Source of the DNA: Catajapyx aquilonaris
Taxonomy: Eukaryota
Direction of reading: 5' to 3'
Assembly: GCA_000934665.2 (NCBI GenBank)
Contig: JYFJ02003333.1
Coordinates: 1 to 43,326, forward strand
DNA: 43,326 bases
In this document: in pieces, positions 1-12,783 of the stretch
Position numbering within the stretch: position 1 is the first letter of the stretch
Layout: each line of letters starts with the position of its first letter
The notes under the pieces: model-generated
What the model saw: the letters and a program-made list of their open reading frames with translations, nothing else
The model's database searches: none
Told to the model about the DNA's origin: nothing
Made by a program: the position numbers and the translations under genes

Positions 1-698
1 TTTTAAATGTGCCGTAATTTATCCAGTAATGTCATTTTGATGCAACAGAGTGATGGAATGTATGTTTACGGGCATGGGCTAGCTAGTTATGAACAAACAT
101 CCCAAATCCCAGACCAAGGCTAGTTCCCCATTAGTTTACATGCTGTCACATCATCAGGTAGGTATAAATTGTGTGATATAATTATCGCAATCATAACAAC
201 GGGAGCGCTTGACCTCAATTTTCACCTCAAAGTGCGACAAAGTGACCCCCTACGTGTGGGCTGTAACCTCATAGACCAGAAGAGCCAGAATTCCTCGAGT
301 GCTACAATAACGTGTTAGGCAAACAAACAAACACCACTACATACACAGAAGTGGAGTAAACAGTTGTTGCTACAAGGGCATAATCTAAAATGTTGCTTAA
401 TGTAACACTGGAGTTAGAAAGTTACGAAAGAACTAAAGCAGATGACGATCAGTCACATTTGTGTCAAAACTGAATATTATGCAACCTTTTAACATAGTCT
501 TCGAAATGACAGAATGATATACCATTTAATTTGAACAGGGAGAGAATTACAAATGTTGGTAGTCCATACTTCCCAGCATCAGTTCTCTTTCCAGCATGAA
601 AATAATACGCATAAAAATTAAATGGTCTTAAAACAGCTCAATATTTATTGCTTTTCTCCCATCTTTCTTCTCTACGCAAAGCTTGTTGACCCGGTGTT

Positions 699-3060
699 TT
701 AAGTGAAGTAGTGATTATATTCGTGGCGAGACCGAGACCGAGGCTGAAGCGCCACCATCGCAACACCATCCACTTCATACACCAGGAAGTCGGAGTGCTC
801 CTCCTTCAAAATCTCTCGATCGAAAAGCTGCTTATAACACTATTAGAAAGAGAAGGGGAGGGGGTACATGTTTACAAGAAGAGAAAAGCACTTTGTGACT
901 AATGGACAGATATGAAGAGCAAACGCACAGCACCGGATTTGTTGTCGAAGTGGTTTCCCCACATGAACAGGTGTGTGATTTTTGAGTGTCTAAAGGCGTA
1001 GGACAGAAAGCACAGGCCCTCGGAGGTTATCCCATTGTGGCTCAGGTCCAAAACTTCCAGGTTGGAATTCGGAATGTTGTAAGTGAAGCACCTTTGAAAC
1101 AAGCAGAATTGTACACGACATGTGTGCCACTGAAATGGCGTTGGTCATACCTGGCACCAGTTTCGCCAATATTGTTGTGCCCCAAGAGAAGCACACGAAC
1201 TGTCGGTTGCTTGACGATCAGGTGAGCCAGAGTGTCGGCTCCGTCAGCATGCAGGCAGTTGGCAGTCAAATCCAGCAGGCTTAGCGTGCTCTCGGGGTGG
1301 AGTTCTCGAAAAATTTCCTCAATGTCCCAGTCTCGAAGAGAACATTTTTGCAATCCGAGGCCCAGGAGACTCGGTTGATACTTGGCCACAAAAACAATGA
1401 AACTTGAATTAACACTGCCTAAAGCTACTAAAGCAACAGGACACAATGGCAACAGACAATGGGTGGAATTTTCGTCTCACTGCTAGTTACTGCTAACTTA
1501 GCAGTACCAGTGTCAACACTGGTATCCTATAGGCCTACTGCTAAGTTAGCAGTGTTTGGCAGTGGAAAGAAAATTCGACCCAATAATAATAATTATAAAT
1601 TGATATAATACCTGCAAAAGTAACCTCAGTCTGACTGCAGCCTCCATAATTTCTTGGTCACTCTTAAAAAGAATCCGGTTCATCGTGATGAATTTTGGAC
1701 ACCCGGTATCGCGAATCACGTTAGTCAAGTACAGAAACCCTTCCATGCCCAAGTCCGTTTCTCCGATGTCCAGTTCTATAGGGATTTTAGACGGGTGGGA
1801 AGATGCTATCTGAGTTGCGAGCACTTTAGCACCCTGCAAATTATCCAAAATTAGATTAAAGCTTGCTGTATAGGCTACAGAAACAGGGAACATTCGTGCT
1901 CACTAGATTTCCGAGTCTGTTTCCGGCCAGAACAAGACGTTGCAGGTGGTGGGTTTGCATGATCGCTTCTGTCAGTTCTTGCATTCCTTCAGGGCCAAAA
2001 TTGTTGTAGGCCAAGTTCACCACCTTCAGGTCTGGACAGTAGGTCTGATGGAGATAATGCACAGTACAATCGGGACGTTACTTTTGTGGGCGGAAATTTT
2101 TACATGGGAATGTCACCTTCAAAGCCTGCGTGAGAGTTATCACTCCTTCATCTGCTATTTCTTGGTATGTTACTTCAACATGGGTAATCTTCGTATGAAA
2201 TTCCAAGGCCATGGTCAAAAATATCATGTCCAAATCTGACAACCTCCTCCTGCATTGATGCGAACATAAAAATAAGACAGTGATGTGAACAGGCCTACAA
2301 GTCAGTGAGCGCTCCATATTTTATAACATTGATGCTACACTACGTTCATATAGTCAGAAATAGTGAGACATCGCCTCATATAAAATGTAATGGTCATTCA
2401 CGCAGCACAAGTTTCGTAATCGAATGCGATTTAATTGTCAGTAATTGTTGGTGAAACAATAAAAAACCGATCTGAATATGATTAGTTGAATTCATTACAA
2501 AACTTTTTTGTTGTCGTATGAATGGCCCTTGTATGTAATCCATAAATTAAAAATCTTACGGTCCTTCTGCAAAGTCTCATGTTAACTCCACCGAATGAAG
2601 AGCTTCATTACGTTGTCCCCGAGTTTCTTAAACTAAGCCCATTCCGGCCATGTAAAAACAAAATTAATGTAGTTTCCGCGTGGGGCAAGGGCATCAAGGT
2701 GTCATATTCTCCCTTGGAAACTCCAGACAGAGACTGCCTCTAATTTCTCATCACCACTTGCTCTCACCCTTACCCGTATGCTCGTCCTACGTCGCCTCCC
2801 CGGAGGATCAAATGCAACTCTCCCTTGAGGCTTCGGTCCAGCCAATTCATGAAGTCCTCCGCCACTATGATGGTTTCCGGGCCGGGTTCATGACTCTGGG
2901 CCAGCTCCTGATTGGTCTCATAGAAGGAGCACTGGCTGTGGCACAATTTGCAATGCAGAGGGTTAAACGACCTGTCCTCTTTGACTGCTGCTTCGCTTGT
3001 CTTGGGCCTGGGGGATGTGGTGGATTTGATGGATTTGGTGGATTTGGTGACCAGAGCCAT
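699..3060 (-). CDS. LRRC34: Leucine-rich repeat-containing protein 34-like (RNI-like LRR), about 438 aa, 7 coding exons
   Basis: Exons (minus strand): 3060-2774, 2249-2117, 2044-1904, 1833-1612, 1380-1151, 1091-929, 839-699. All introns are GT-AG, phases are consistent, total 1317 nt. RI-type LRRs are present (LKVVNLAYNNFGPEG, LQRLVLAGNRLGNLGA, LSLLDLTANCL, LEVLDLSHNGITSEG). The tail 'ITHLFMWGNHFD...DFLVYEVDG' and the junction 'LILRG...YGRRLSDLDM' resemble LRRC34 from memory. Start context GCCATGG with an upstream in-frame stop. Minus-strand AATAAA at 644-649. Confidence 0.8.
1461..1581. mobile_element. 121-bp MITE, PIF/Harbinger-like, in LRRC34 intron 4
   Basis: Termini GGGTGGAATTTTC...GAAAATTCGACCC. 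Imperfect inverted arms of about 46 bp include a perfect 18-bp pair (1489-1506 / 1536-1553). Flanked by the 3-bp direct repeat AAT (1458-1460, 1582-1584). Superfamily is inferred from the GGG...CCC ends and 3-bp TSD. Confidence 0.65.
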
Positions 3061-4676
3061 GGCTGTCAACTCCCTCTGGTGGCTGGCATGTCGCCATGAA
3101 TACGGATCACTTTCAAATAATGGACTTGCTAGACAGTGGAGCCAATTGAATACACACGGGAGATGGGATTCATTTCACCTGAGATGCCTCGGAACACCGG
3201 TTGACGGCACCTCCTTTAGCCTATATTGTGAAAATAATATTCGGTAGTACTTATTCATTTTGGTCGAAAAACGATAGACTGCGTGGACTGGATCACCGAG
3301 TATAAAGCAAGACATCCTGGCCTGTATGCAACAACACCCTTGTCCAGATAACAACATAAGTTGCAGGGGAAAATGTAGAAAAACGGGATGAACGTTCGAA
3401 GAAAAAAACTATGGAGGACCTTTCGTTCGTGACCAATGCAGGTAATTAAAATGCCAACCAATTAGCGCGACAACATTCCGGATTCTGTTATTACAATAGT
3501 GCAACACCCTTTGTCAGGATTGGGTACTGCTCAAAATGACTGCAGCTGTTTCTTAACATATCGTCATACTCTCTTAATTGTGACTAAACTACGTGCAAAA
3601 CGTACCTTTCTCGTCCCGTCGCGTCGTATTTTTGTAGTCCGCACCCTGGAAGGAGCGTCAATAACCTTGAGAGCTTTCTAGGACTTTCCCAGTCAGCGTG
3701 CCTTGCAGAAGTAGTCCAATTATTATCGAGCAACAAATCCCAATATTTCCCTTCCTTGACCTGGGAAAACTATGAATTCAAAATACAAGTTTCGCTAATG
3801 ATGGCCATATCCAATATATTCCCCAGGCAGTAGGCACACAATTTTTCTAGCCAACTCCAATGGGGTCCTAGCCTTGGCCTGGGATTTGGGTAATTTGTAC
3901 ACGAATAGCTCAACCATACATGTAAACACGAATTCCACCACTTTTCGGCACCAAAATGTCATTCCTCGATAAATTATCGGGGGTTTAAAAGTCACTCGCT
4001 AATTGGCGGGGAAAACGGGGACGTGGCCTAAAAATCGCATTCCCACTCCTGCCTAACCAAGCTAACAACAGTGACGTCAGTAGACCGTTGCCTCGCGGTC
4101 GTTCGATTCGGCTTTACTGGCGGTCCCGTTCGATTCTGTTAGGCAACAAACAAAGGAACAAAGCAACCCGGGTGCATTCCTGACTCTGCACCGATCTTTC
4201 AACAACAGTGACGTAAGAGGGAAATACGATACCATATAATTATTATGATCTCAGATCGATCATAGCTCGAAAACTAATATTTACGTCTTCGAACTAAAAA
4301 CACCAAAATTCGTTTAAAAATAAGGACGATTTTTACATGGGTTTTGCAAAATGTAGGATAGGACCCCATTATAAGCGCCAGAATAAGTTTATTCAGTGCA
4401 ATGCAGGTTATTGGCATAGCGGCTTGCATTTTACAGACGCTCATTCACAACATGTGACAAAACTATATGACAAACAAACACTGCCATCTAATGAAATAAT
4501 TCTCATGGTACCATTTTATTCATTGGACAAAAGAGCGGGTACAGTATCAAATTCCCTGTCCATGTGTGCTAAATGAATGCCGTTTAATCAGCTGGATGAA
4601 AGACAGTACGGCAAACGATACAGATAAATGCGTTTCATCCTGCTGACTCCACAAAATGAGTGGTGTTGAGTGGCCC

Positions 4677-7600
4677 CTAAATGATGTATTTGTCAATCGG
4701 CTGGAGCCTTTGTGCTTCAATTGAATCCCACAGCCATTGGGGGTCCACTAAACGGCTGTTGCTGCTCACTGGCTGCAATGAAACGTGGAAATAATCCGAA
4801 TTTGATTAATAACGGTGTCAATTACATCTTACTTACGTCACCGAATGAGTAAATAGTATGGGTAGCCTTGGACCGCTCGGATGACGTCAGCAGTCGTCCG
4901 CCATGGGCCACAAAATACCGCTTCAGCACTTCGTACTCTGGGAACGATGGCGGTAGGTAAATTTTCACTCCAACGAAAACGTCCGGAAAGTACTGAAAAG
5001 CAAGTTACACAGTGACAGCAAAGGAAATTCAATTTTCAAGATGCAAAAAGTCAGCTTACTTTGGACTTGAACTCGGAGCCTGGTTTCGGCTGCAAATGGA
5101 TTCGAAAATGATCAGTGTACGAGCAGCACTTCTCACAAATAAATGCAACTAGTACCTGCTTGACCCTGGACGGCTCCGCATCCGCCCCGTTCTTTCTTTT
5201 ATTGGGCGACGATGAATTCGCACCCCTAACAAAGAAATCCAGGGTCCTTTGTTTCTGGAAGATTAAAATGACGCGCGTTGAAAGAAACAATTAACGACCA
5301 ACAATGGGGTGAATAAATCTAATGGCCCTCACCGACGGGGATGTTTCGTTCTCCTTCTTGCTTGTCTTTTTGAACTGCTTCCCCGGAGAATTATTCACCG
5401 GTTTGACTGACGGACCACTCTGATCCACAAATCCGGCGAATTCCTTGGATTTCTTGAACAGCACCTGAGGCATAAATAAAACATACGGATCTATACGAGC
5501 GCTGATTTGATTTATGAAACATCCCCCCCCCCCCCCTCTCTGTATATCTCCATATTATACTATACCCTTAGTTCCTTCAGGCTGGTCGCTTCTTTCCACG
5601 TTTTATCATCCCGGATCTTCGTGACCCTCGGGAATCGGACGGAAATCCCATCCGCTGTATGGACTTCGTGCTTGGTGAACTCGGCACCTGTGACTTCCCA
5701 CACTGGCATGGACTGTACAGCGGGAGGCCGAGACATAATTAATCAATCATCTGGCTCATTTACACATCAGGGGCAGCCTACACACCTTTGGGTCCACAGC
5801 CACAAAATCGGGGATCAGGTTCCTGTGACACAACATCCAGGAGGGGAGATTGGCTGGATCTTTGCTAATCTTTGTCACCAGCGGATCGAGTTCTTTCTGC
5901 AAATAACAGCGAATGCGAGGGATTCAGTGTACAGTGCAAAGAGAGGGGGGTTATTGATGCGCACCTGCAATCGATCAAGAGTGCTGTCGTCGTGGCCCGT
6001 GTGTACTTTTGTGACGGTGCACCACTTGTTTTTCATTTCGTCGTAGCAGCCCATTAGGAAGACAGACATCATCCCTCCCTTTTGTCCCGTGCCATACCAT
6101 GCACCCAATACTACCAGATCGGCACTGTCAGCCATGGCTCCTTCTGACAAATAATCCTTCTTCACTTTCAGCCAATGCCGCTTCCCAGGTTCGTATGTGC
6201 TCTGCAGACCCGTATCGTTAATCATGTGCGTCAATGATAATTTTCAAGCTATATATCTAACCTTAGTATCCTTCAGAACCAGTCCTTCAAGACCTTTCTT
6301 CAGCACGTCAGTAATCATGTCTTTCAGGCTGTCCGGATCCTGGAATCAGCAATACAGAGGGTTATGGCAGTGCATCAAAGCAGCAATTTTTCTGTATTTA
6401 CGAGCGGCACGAAACTCACGTCGATAAACTTCATCTCCGAAAACACGATGTGATTGGGAATTTCCGCCATGTGTTCCTTCAGAATATTTTTCCTCTCCTT
6501 GATGGACCTATAAAAGCGATAGAGAATCACGTTTCCGCCTACTACGTAATTACACGCCTCTTTAAAAATATGAATAGACCTGTTAATAAGCGTCTCCCCG
6601 TTCATGTAAAGGCAGTCAAACACAAAAAGGCACACTGTGGCATCTTGGAAGGCAGTTTTCTGAAAAAAATGGGCGTGGGAGAGTTGTTAAAATTGATTTG
6701 AATCCGCCCACTGACAGCCTATCACTGGCGGGACGTTGAAAAAGAGATGATGGACGTACTTTGTGAATCCCAAGTGTGCCAAATGGCAGGGGCTGTCCCG
6801 TGACGGTGTCAACAAGCAATATTTCGCTGTCCAAAATGAGGTCGTCAGCATCGGGAAAGGCTTTCGGAATGTAGTCCTTAAAGTGAGCTACCTGTGTACA
6901 CAATGGTTGACAAGTGGGGTCATTACATATTTATAGGTAGGGCGGAGGCTGCGGGTTACCTTGTGAGGAAGGACGGGCTTCAGACTGCGAGAATAGTAGG
7001 TGAAATTGGCGCCTTTCTTGTGAACCTGCACCCTTTCGCCGTCGTATTTGATCTCGGCGTACATGCCGTTGGGACATTTTTTCATGGCGTAATCGATTGA
7101 TCGGCATGGTTCGGCCTGTCACCCAAGCAATAAATATGGAAATCAAAGGAGCTCAGCAGGTACAAGAAAAATATTGGTATGGCTGATTTTTCTTGTGACA
7201 TCATGTGTCTGCATGCACAATATAAGTTACAAACAAATTCAGCTTATTACTGAACATGGTGACATACCAGCATGGGTAGCACTGGTGTCATCAGGGACAC
7301 GTTGATGGTCAGCGCCTTCTGAGAATTGCTGTCACTCTTCATAACTTGGTCAATGACGCTTGCCAGATCGCGAGAAGCTTGAAAAGCCTGGTATGCGTCC
7401 GGATGTACGGCATCTAGAATGTGCTTGGCGCCTGCATTGATGGCCAGATCTCCTTTGATCAATCGGACGACCATCTTCAGGTCGTTTCCTGTGCATCTGA
7501 GCGAACGTCAAACTGTATTAGCATGCACTCGTCGGGGGCTAACGTGCGTTGTGATTCATTACCTAGTTGCGATGCTGTTTAGCACTCTCTGCTGATCTGC

Positions 7601-9040
7601 ATCTTTTGTCAAAGTGGACAGTTTTGCCAGATACTCATCCACATCTTGGAGACTAAGAGAGCTTTTTTTGGTCGGAGCGCACTGGCTGCTTTTCTCGAAA
7701 AATGATGCAACCGTTTCGGCTACGTCACCCTTCTCCAGATCAGTCAACATATCTTCTTGGTTTGAGTCAAAAATCTGGATCAAGAGGAAATCAATCAAGT
7801 TGCCGATCCAATTTTTACAAAATTAATTTAAAAACGCACTTGACTGAAGAGTTTAATAAGCGTCTTGCTCTGGATGTTGTAGGTCCTTTTGATAACCCCT
7901 GGCAGCAGCATCCGGACCCACAAATACAGGTCGCCTTCAAAGCCCTCTTCAAGTGCCCAAAAACTAGTTACATAACTGTATTCTCACATGTAATATATCG
8001 CATAGTACTTACTTCCACTGGTTCCATCCCGAAAATAATCTTTTATCAAGCTAGTTTTGTTATTGTACGACGACTCGTTCGCGACAGCAGAGCAAAGACG
8101 TCGAAATTCACGAAAAGCATCGTCTTTCACATCCGGCTTGCCAGAAGAGCTACCTGAAGGTGGACCTATCGGTGTGGATGCTGAACTTGTAGATGGCTCC
8201 GGAGTGGAATTTTTTTGCTTGGAGAACGGCGATGCTGCACCTTTCGCTTCGATATACATCATTAAAAAAATCGGAGTTAGCATAACAGGCTAGTCAACAT
8301 ACCTCCCTCCTTTCACTCCTAGCAAACCAGCAAGGAATTCTATAGCTTTCCATGGCTCTTAAAACCACCCCCACTAATTTCACCCGAAACCCCGCAAAGG
8401 CAACACAGAGCATGCCCGACAGCACATTTTTTTCCAGCTTACCTGCAGCTGGAGCCAGATTCGCTTTTCTCGGAGTCTTTGCAGGGCTTGCTTTTGCGGG
8501 TGTCCCTTGTTGGGATTCCAGATCTAGTAAATAAAACCGGTGTTGAACAATCGCGTCGCGTTTCACGAAATCAAGGCCTCCGGTTACTATTCACCTTTGA
8601 TGTGTTGAAGAATGGTTTTGCGGTCGCCATCCTGAACGTCAGCCCAACCGTCCACGTCATCTGGACTCTCGATTTTTTTGGTCGAGGCTCGAGCTCGGGT
8701 GAACGTCTCGAAAAGGCATCCAACATGGTACCATTGCTTCATGTCCCCCGCTGACTCGCTGAATGGGTTGGGAACAATCTGTCCAAAAATTGAGATTACT
8801 TTTCTAACTATTTTACAATTTTTTGCAATCTGATTTTAATTTCATTAATTTTTTCCTTTAGTTAGTTTTTCAAATTTCAAAAACAAATCCAAGTAATTTC
8901 TAGAGTAATGCGACACAATGTGCCGCATCAAGACATACCTTACCCAATCTGAGCACTCCCTTCTCAATCTTCTGCTTGCATTTTTTGCATCCGGCAGTCC
9001 CACGTTTGGCATACTCCACGCAGAACTTATTTGACGACAT
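4677..9040 (-). CDS. LIG3: DNA ligase III (alpha-type: zf-PARP, DBD, NTase, OB-fold, BRCT), about 896 aa, 20 coding exons
   Basis: Exons (minus strand): 9040-8939, 8778-8595, 8523-8443, 8246-8013, 7946-7840, 7774-7563, 7496-7268, 7115-6960, 6891-6760, 6659-6580, 6507-6420, 6339-6262, 6201-5965, 5896-5786, 5712-5566, 5464-5333, 5254-5156, 5089-5060, 4992-4837, 4772-4677. Total 2691 nt, phases consistent. Motifs: EYAKRGTAGCKKC...WYHVGC (PARP zinc finger), EIKYDGER (adenylation Lys), EGLVLK, WLKVKKDYL, SVRFPRVTKIRDDK, and BRCT (KRYFVAHGG...PQWLWDSI). The N-terminus could extend further upstream. Confidence 0.95.
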
Positions 9041-12000
9041 TTCGAGAGCAATGGTCTCCACAGGGGCGCTGAAAAATACGGCAAATGGGCAGAAGATGTG
9101 AAATGAGGCTCGAACGTCTTAACCGGGTAGGGAAATGAATTGCCATCTCCATTTTGACAGACGTAATTCGTCATGCAAGATTTCAACATCCTGCGTCATA
9201 ACGAGGCGACCTTTAGACGCACGTGTTTTTTTTTCATCTTCGGAGTCGTATTGTATTTCTCTGCAGGAGCGCTAGTTAAATAAGCCTGTTTAAAAAAACG
9301 ACAGCAGTGGTAAAAAATAAACAGGTGATAAAACCGGGGAAATTATCCAGGCAAGTGGTTATTCAAGCCAGCAAACGCAATCCGGGGGTGGTTTCACTTA
9401 AAAAGTCCGATGCATGACCACTCGTATGCGTCAGTGCGGACCCGTGAATTAAACAGCTGGAAATGGAGAGAAGCAAACTCAAATACAAGCAAATGGAATT
9501 CGCCCCATTCCTTTTATGTTTTCAGCCCTCTCGTGTTTACCCCATTCATTAACACTGAATTGGAATTTCGAATAACTTGTTGACAAACCCATCCTCTCCA
9601 CTGCGGACGAGGTGAATAAAGAGTCGTGTCTCTTGGGATCTCCCGGATACTGGGTTCGGTTTGCAATAATTTTAGACGGGTTACAATGCGCAAAGCTGAG
9701 AGAAACTGACGTCATGGGGTGAGCGGTATGGCTTATTCTGGGTGTTAAAAGGTGCTTGACGAAGTCTTCAAGTCCACCCACTCGATATACCGTCACTTCG
9801 AGTTACGCCAATGAGCTTCTGTGTAGGTGTATACAAATCAGTTCCGGACAGACATGTAAGTTTGAAAAGCTTCCGCTTTAAATAATATACGCAAGTTGTG
9901 TAATGTAATTAGCCTCAATCGGATTTGTTAAAAATTGAGCGAGGACAGCCCGATGTGCGGGTGTTGTGGTGTGCCAATGAGGCAATTGCAACTTGCCTCG
10001 GTGGCGCAGTTCATTAGTTTGAAAGCAGGAGTCGAGCTCCTCCATCCAATGAACCAAAAACACACATGCGTAATAGTAATTTAATGGACAAAGCATATCA
10101 AATGGTCATTAATTCAAGTTGGATTCTAATGCAGGAGAATACTGAAGCATTTGTGACCATAAGGTTCTTGGAATTCCTTACAGTTGGACGGGAATGTACG
10201 CTTCACCCTAAGCCTGTTTGTGCACTTGAGACAAACATGTTTTTGTACCTATTTAAGATCCTTGGAGATTCTTAAAGATAAAGCAAATGCAGCAGTACCA
10301 TACTCTTGAACGCTACTGTATCTCTCGGTTTATCTATACTTCTTCAGGAACTTACATAATTGCTTTTTAAATGCAATCCCTCCAGGACATTAAGACAATG
10401 CAAAGCCAATGGCTTAGAAGGACCATACTAAAGATCACACGACACCGCGAAGCTTTACGATATTATAAGTTGAAGACCCCTTTAGGCCGAGAATATCCTG
10501 AAGGAACAACTGGTGTCCAATTACAAGTTTCACTGCAGCCGAGTTTCCCCCGGCCCAAGCAGCCAACTTTCAAAAGATCAATTTTTAGGCGAAAACCAGA
10601 ACGAAAACTCGTGAAAATCGAATCCTAAAATCAGGGTGTCGGGACTCAAGGTTTCTGTCGCGCAATTGTACGCGACTTTGGCGACGTGAAAAACTTGCCT
10701 GATGATGAAGTGCCTTGCAACACAGTCTCGACTAGGAAAATAACACGGACCCTTCAAAATGCCTCTGCGTACTAGGCAGAGAGCAAACAAATGCCAATAA
10801 TTATTACCTTCTACAGTTCGATATTATACCTCGTTCTTGTTACATTACGAACACTTGCATGGTTTGCCATACTTGACACACATTCTGAGCACCGAGCTTA
10901 ATGGGTGATTCAATTTTCTCAGATATGTCCTCCCCCCATACGACGCGACGGTATGAAAATTGGTTGCCATTCCTTCCAGTCAAGGGGAATGAAGAATGCA
11001 AATGCCATCAAGACCCGATAGAAAATGTTTTAAACTTTCTCCACGACATAAAGTGGCTCCGAAATTGAGATAAATTGCAGGGAGTGGACCTGGTGATCTC
11101 CAAAGGCTCTCTTGAGATATTCCATAAACAGCAAATGAAGATTGCTCCTGAATTTTTAAGCGCGTTAAAAACCCCGTAACTGCCACGGTAATCTCATCTC
11201 CTTCGCAACAGTTATTTTAAGTAGACACGGAAAAAAAAGTTATTCAATTTAGGAGCAGCACATCGTAATAAATTCTCATCAGCATGTTCAGATAAACTTT
11301 ACGCCGACTTTTCAACGTTACGTTGTCTCTATCTAGAAGGCAGGCACTTCACATGTGTCAACCGTTATGAACTGCCTTGCTAGACGGTGTCACCAAATGT
11401 CACTGACCATATGGTAGCACAAATCTGTGCCCGGATGTTATGAACCAGATAAAAGATAGTCCAACAGTGTTGCAATGGTTCCGGGAACACATCAACGACA
11501 AGACATTTCCCAAGAGCTGAGCCAACATCCTGATCGTTATATATGGAGTGGTAAAACATTGCTCGATGGATTTCTGACGTGACGACATTTATATAATTAA
11601 TATTGCGTCAAAAATATGAGTAATGAGCTACTTTTCACCTTTCACTGTTATGCCCGCCAAAATGCACGTGCAAATTCTGATAAGAGTATTTTAGTGAGAC
11701 ACATTGCATGAGGCGGTCACCCGACGTCTTTACTCCAGACAAGTTCGATATTAATGCATGCGCATGCAATCCTTAATGCCACCGCAATAATTGACTTTTA
11801 TAGCTCCCGTCCGGATAATTTACACGATATCTTTATGCCCACCGTAAGTTTGATGTCGAACATTGATGCCTCAGGGGCTGATAACTACCGAGAGCTACAT
11901 CCTCTTAAATATTAGCCTAAGACTGGCTGGCACCCATAAAACCTTATTCAATCGTTACGGGAAAGTGAAAATAGTAATTATTTGCTCTCCTTTAGCTGCT

Positions 12001-12729
12001 GGTTTGCATTGAAATCAAGGCTAAACTACTATTGACACAATTAGATTTTACGCGAAAAAGTAGCCTATCACTGACAGCACACATTGAAAATTGGCCTGTG
12101 TTTGACTCTCCTACTGGAAGTCAAAACTAGTCCGGGGTTAGTTTTCAAGGTTTCCACAGCCCCGGATAGAGCAATACTTCAATCCGAGAAGCAGTGACAA
12201 TGGTGCCCTGAACGCCTTACTGATTAAAGTGATGGAGATTGGAGAGCCAGAGGATTGCCGCATTGCTACCTCGGGACCTATTAGGAGCAGAAAGGAACAG
12301 GACGAGGGCCCCGAAAAGACAAGGATTATTCGGAATTAGGAGGCCGCTTCAAATGGTTCCTCCTGGACACTGCTTGCCGGTCGATTCAGGATTATTTCTA
12401 TATATAAATTTTTGTTTGAAGCTGTAATGTATAGGTGCCTCTGCGGCAGGAATATAAAAGCCGAGCATTCTTGTCAAACCCAGGCACGCATATCCAGATT
12501 TTCCAATAAATGCGCGGCAACAAGTCATTCCGATGGCTGTCATAAACATTCTAACTGGACGAATTCAGGAATTGATGAAAAAGTCTTCCCCATTCCGAAC
12601 GTGTGTTACCCGCGAATTCAAAGATGTCATACTTCATACTTCTTGTGCATACAGTATACAAGCAGCATAACTTCCCAAAAAAGTGATTAGGCGACTTGTC
12701 CCAGTAAACTCTACACCAGACACCATAAG

Positions 12730-12783
12730 CGATCTGATTGGTGGAGCAAAGGGTGGGGGGCCTCTGCTCCACAAATCAGATCG
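12730..12783. repeat. Short inverted repeat / hairpin (23-bp arms, 8-nt loop)
   Basis: cgatctgattggtggagcaaagg (12730-12752) matches the reverse complement of 12761-12783 (cgatctgatttgtggagcagagg) at 21 of 23 positions. Confidence 0.8.

Noticed and set aside
2560..2640. Possible extra exon (strong GTAAGA donor) in LRRC34 intron 1
   Set aside because: The frame compatible with the next exon contains a stop, and exon 1 joins exon 2 cleanly without it.
4096..4140. Two GTTCGATTC motifs resembling tRNA T-loops (B-box)
   Set aside because: No D-arm, anticodon arm or acceptor stem can be built around either motif.
5507..6046. 179-aa plus-strand ORF and other plus-strand ORFs over 5.5-8.8 kb
   Set aside because: They are antisense shadows of LIG3 exons, with no independent motifs.
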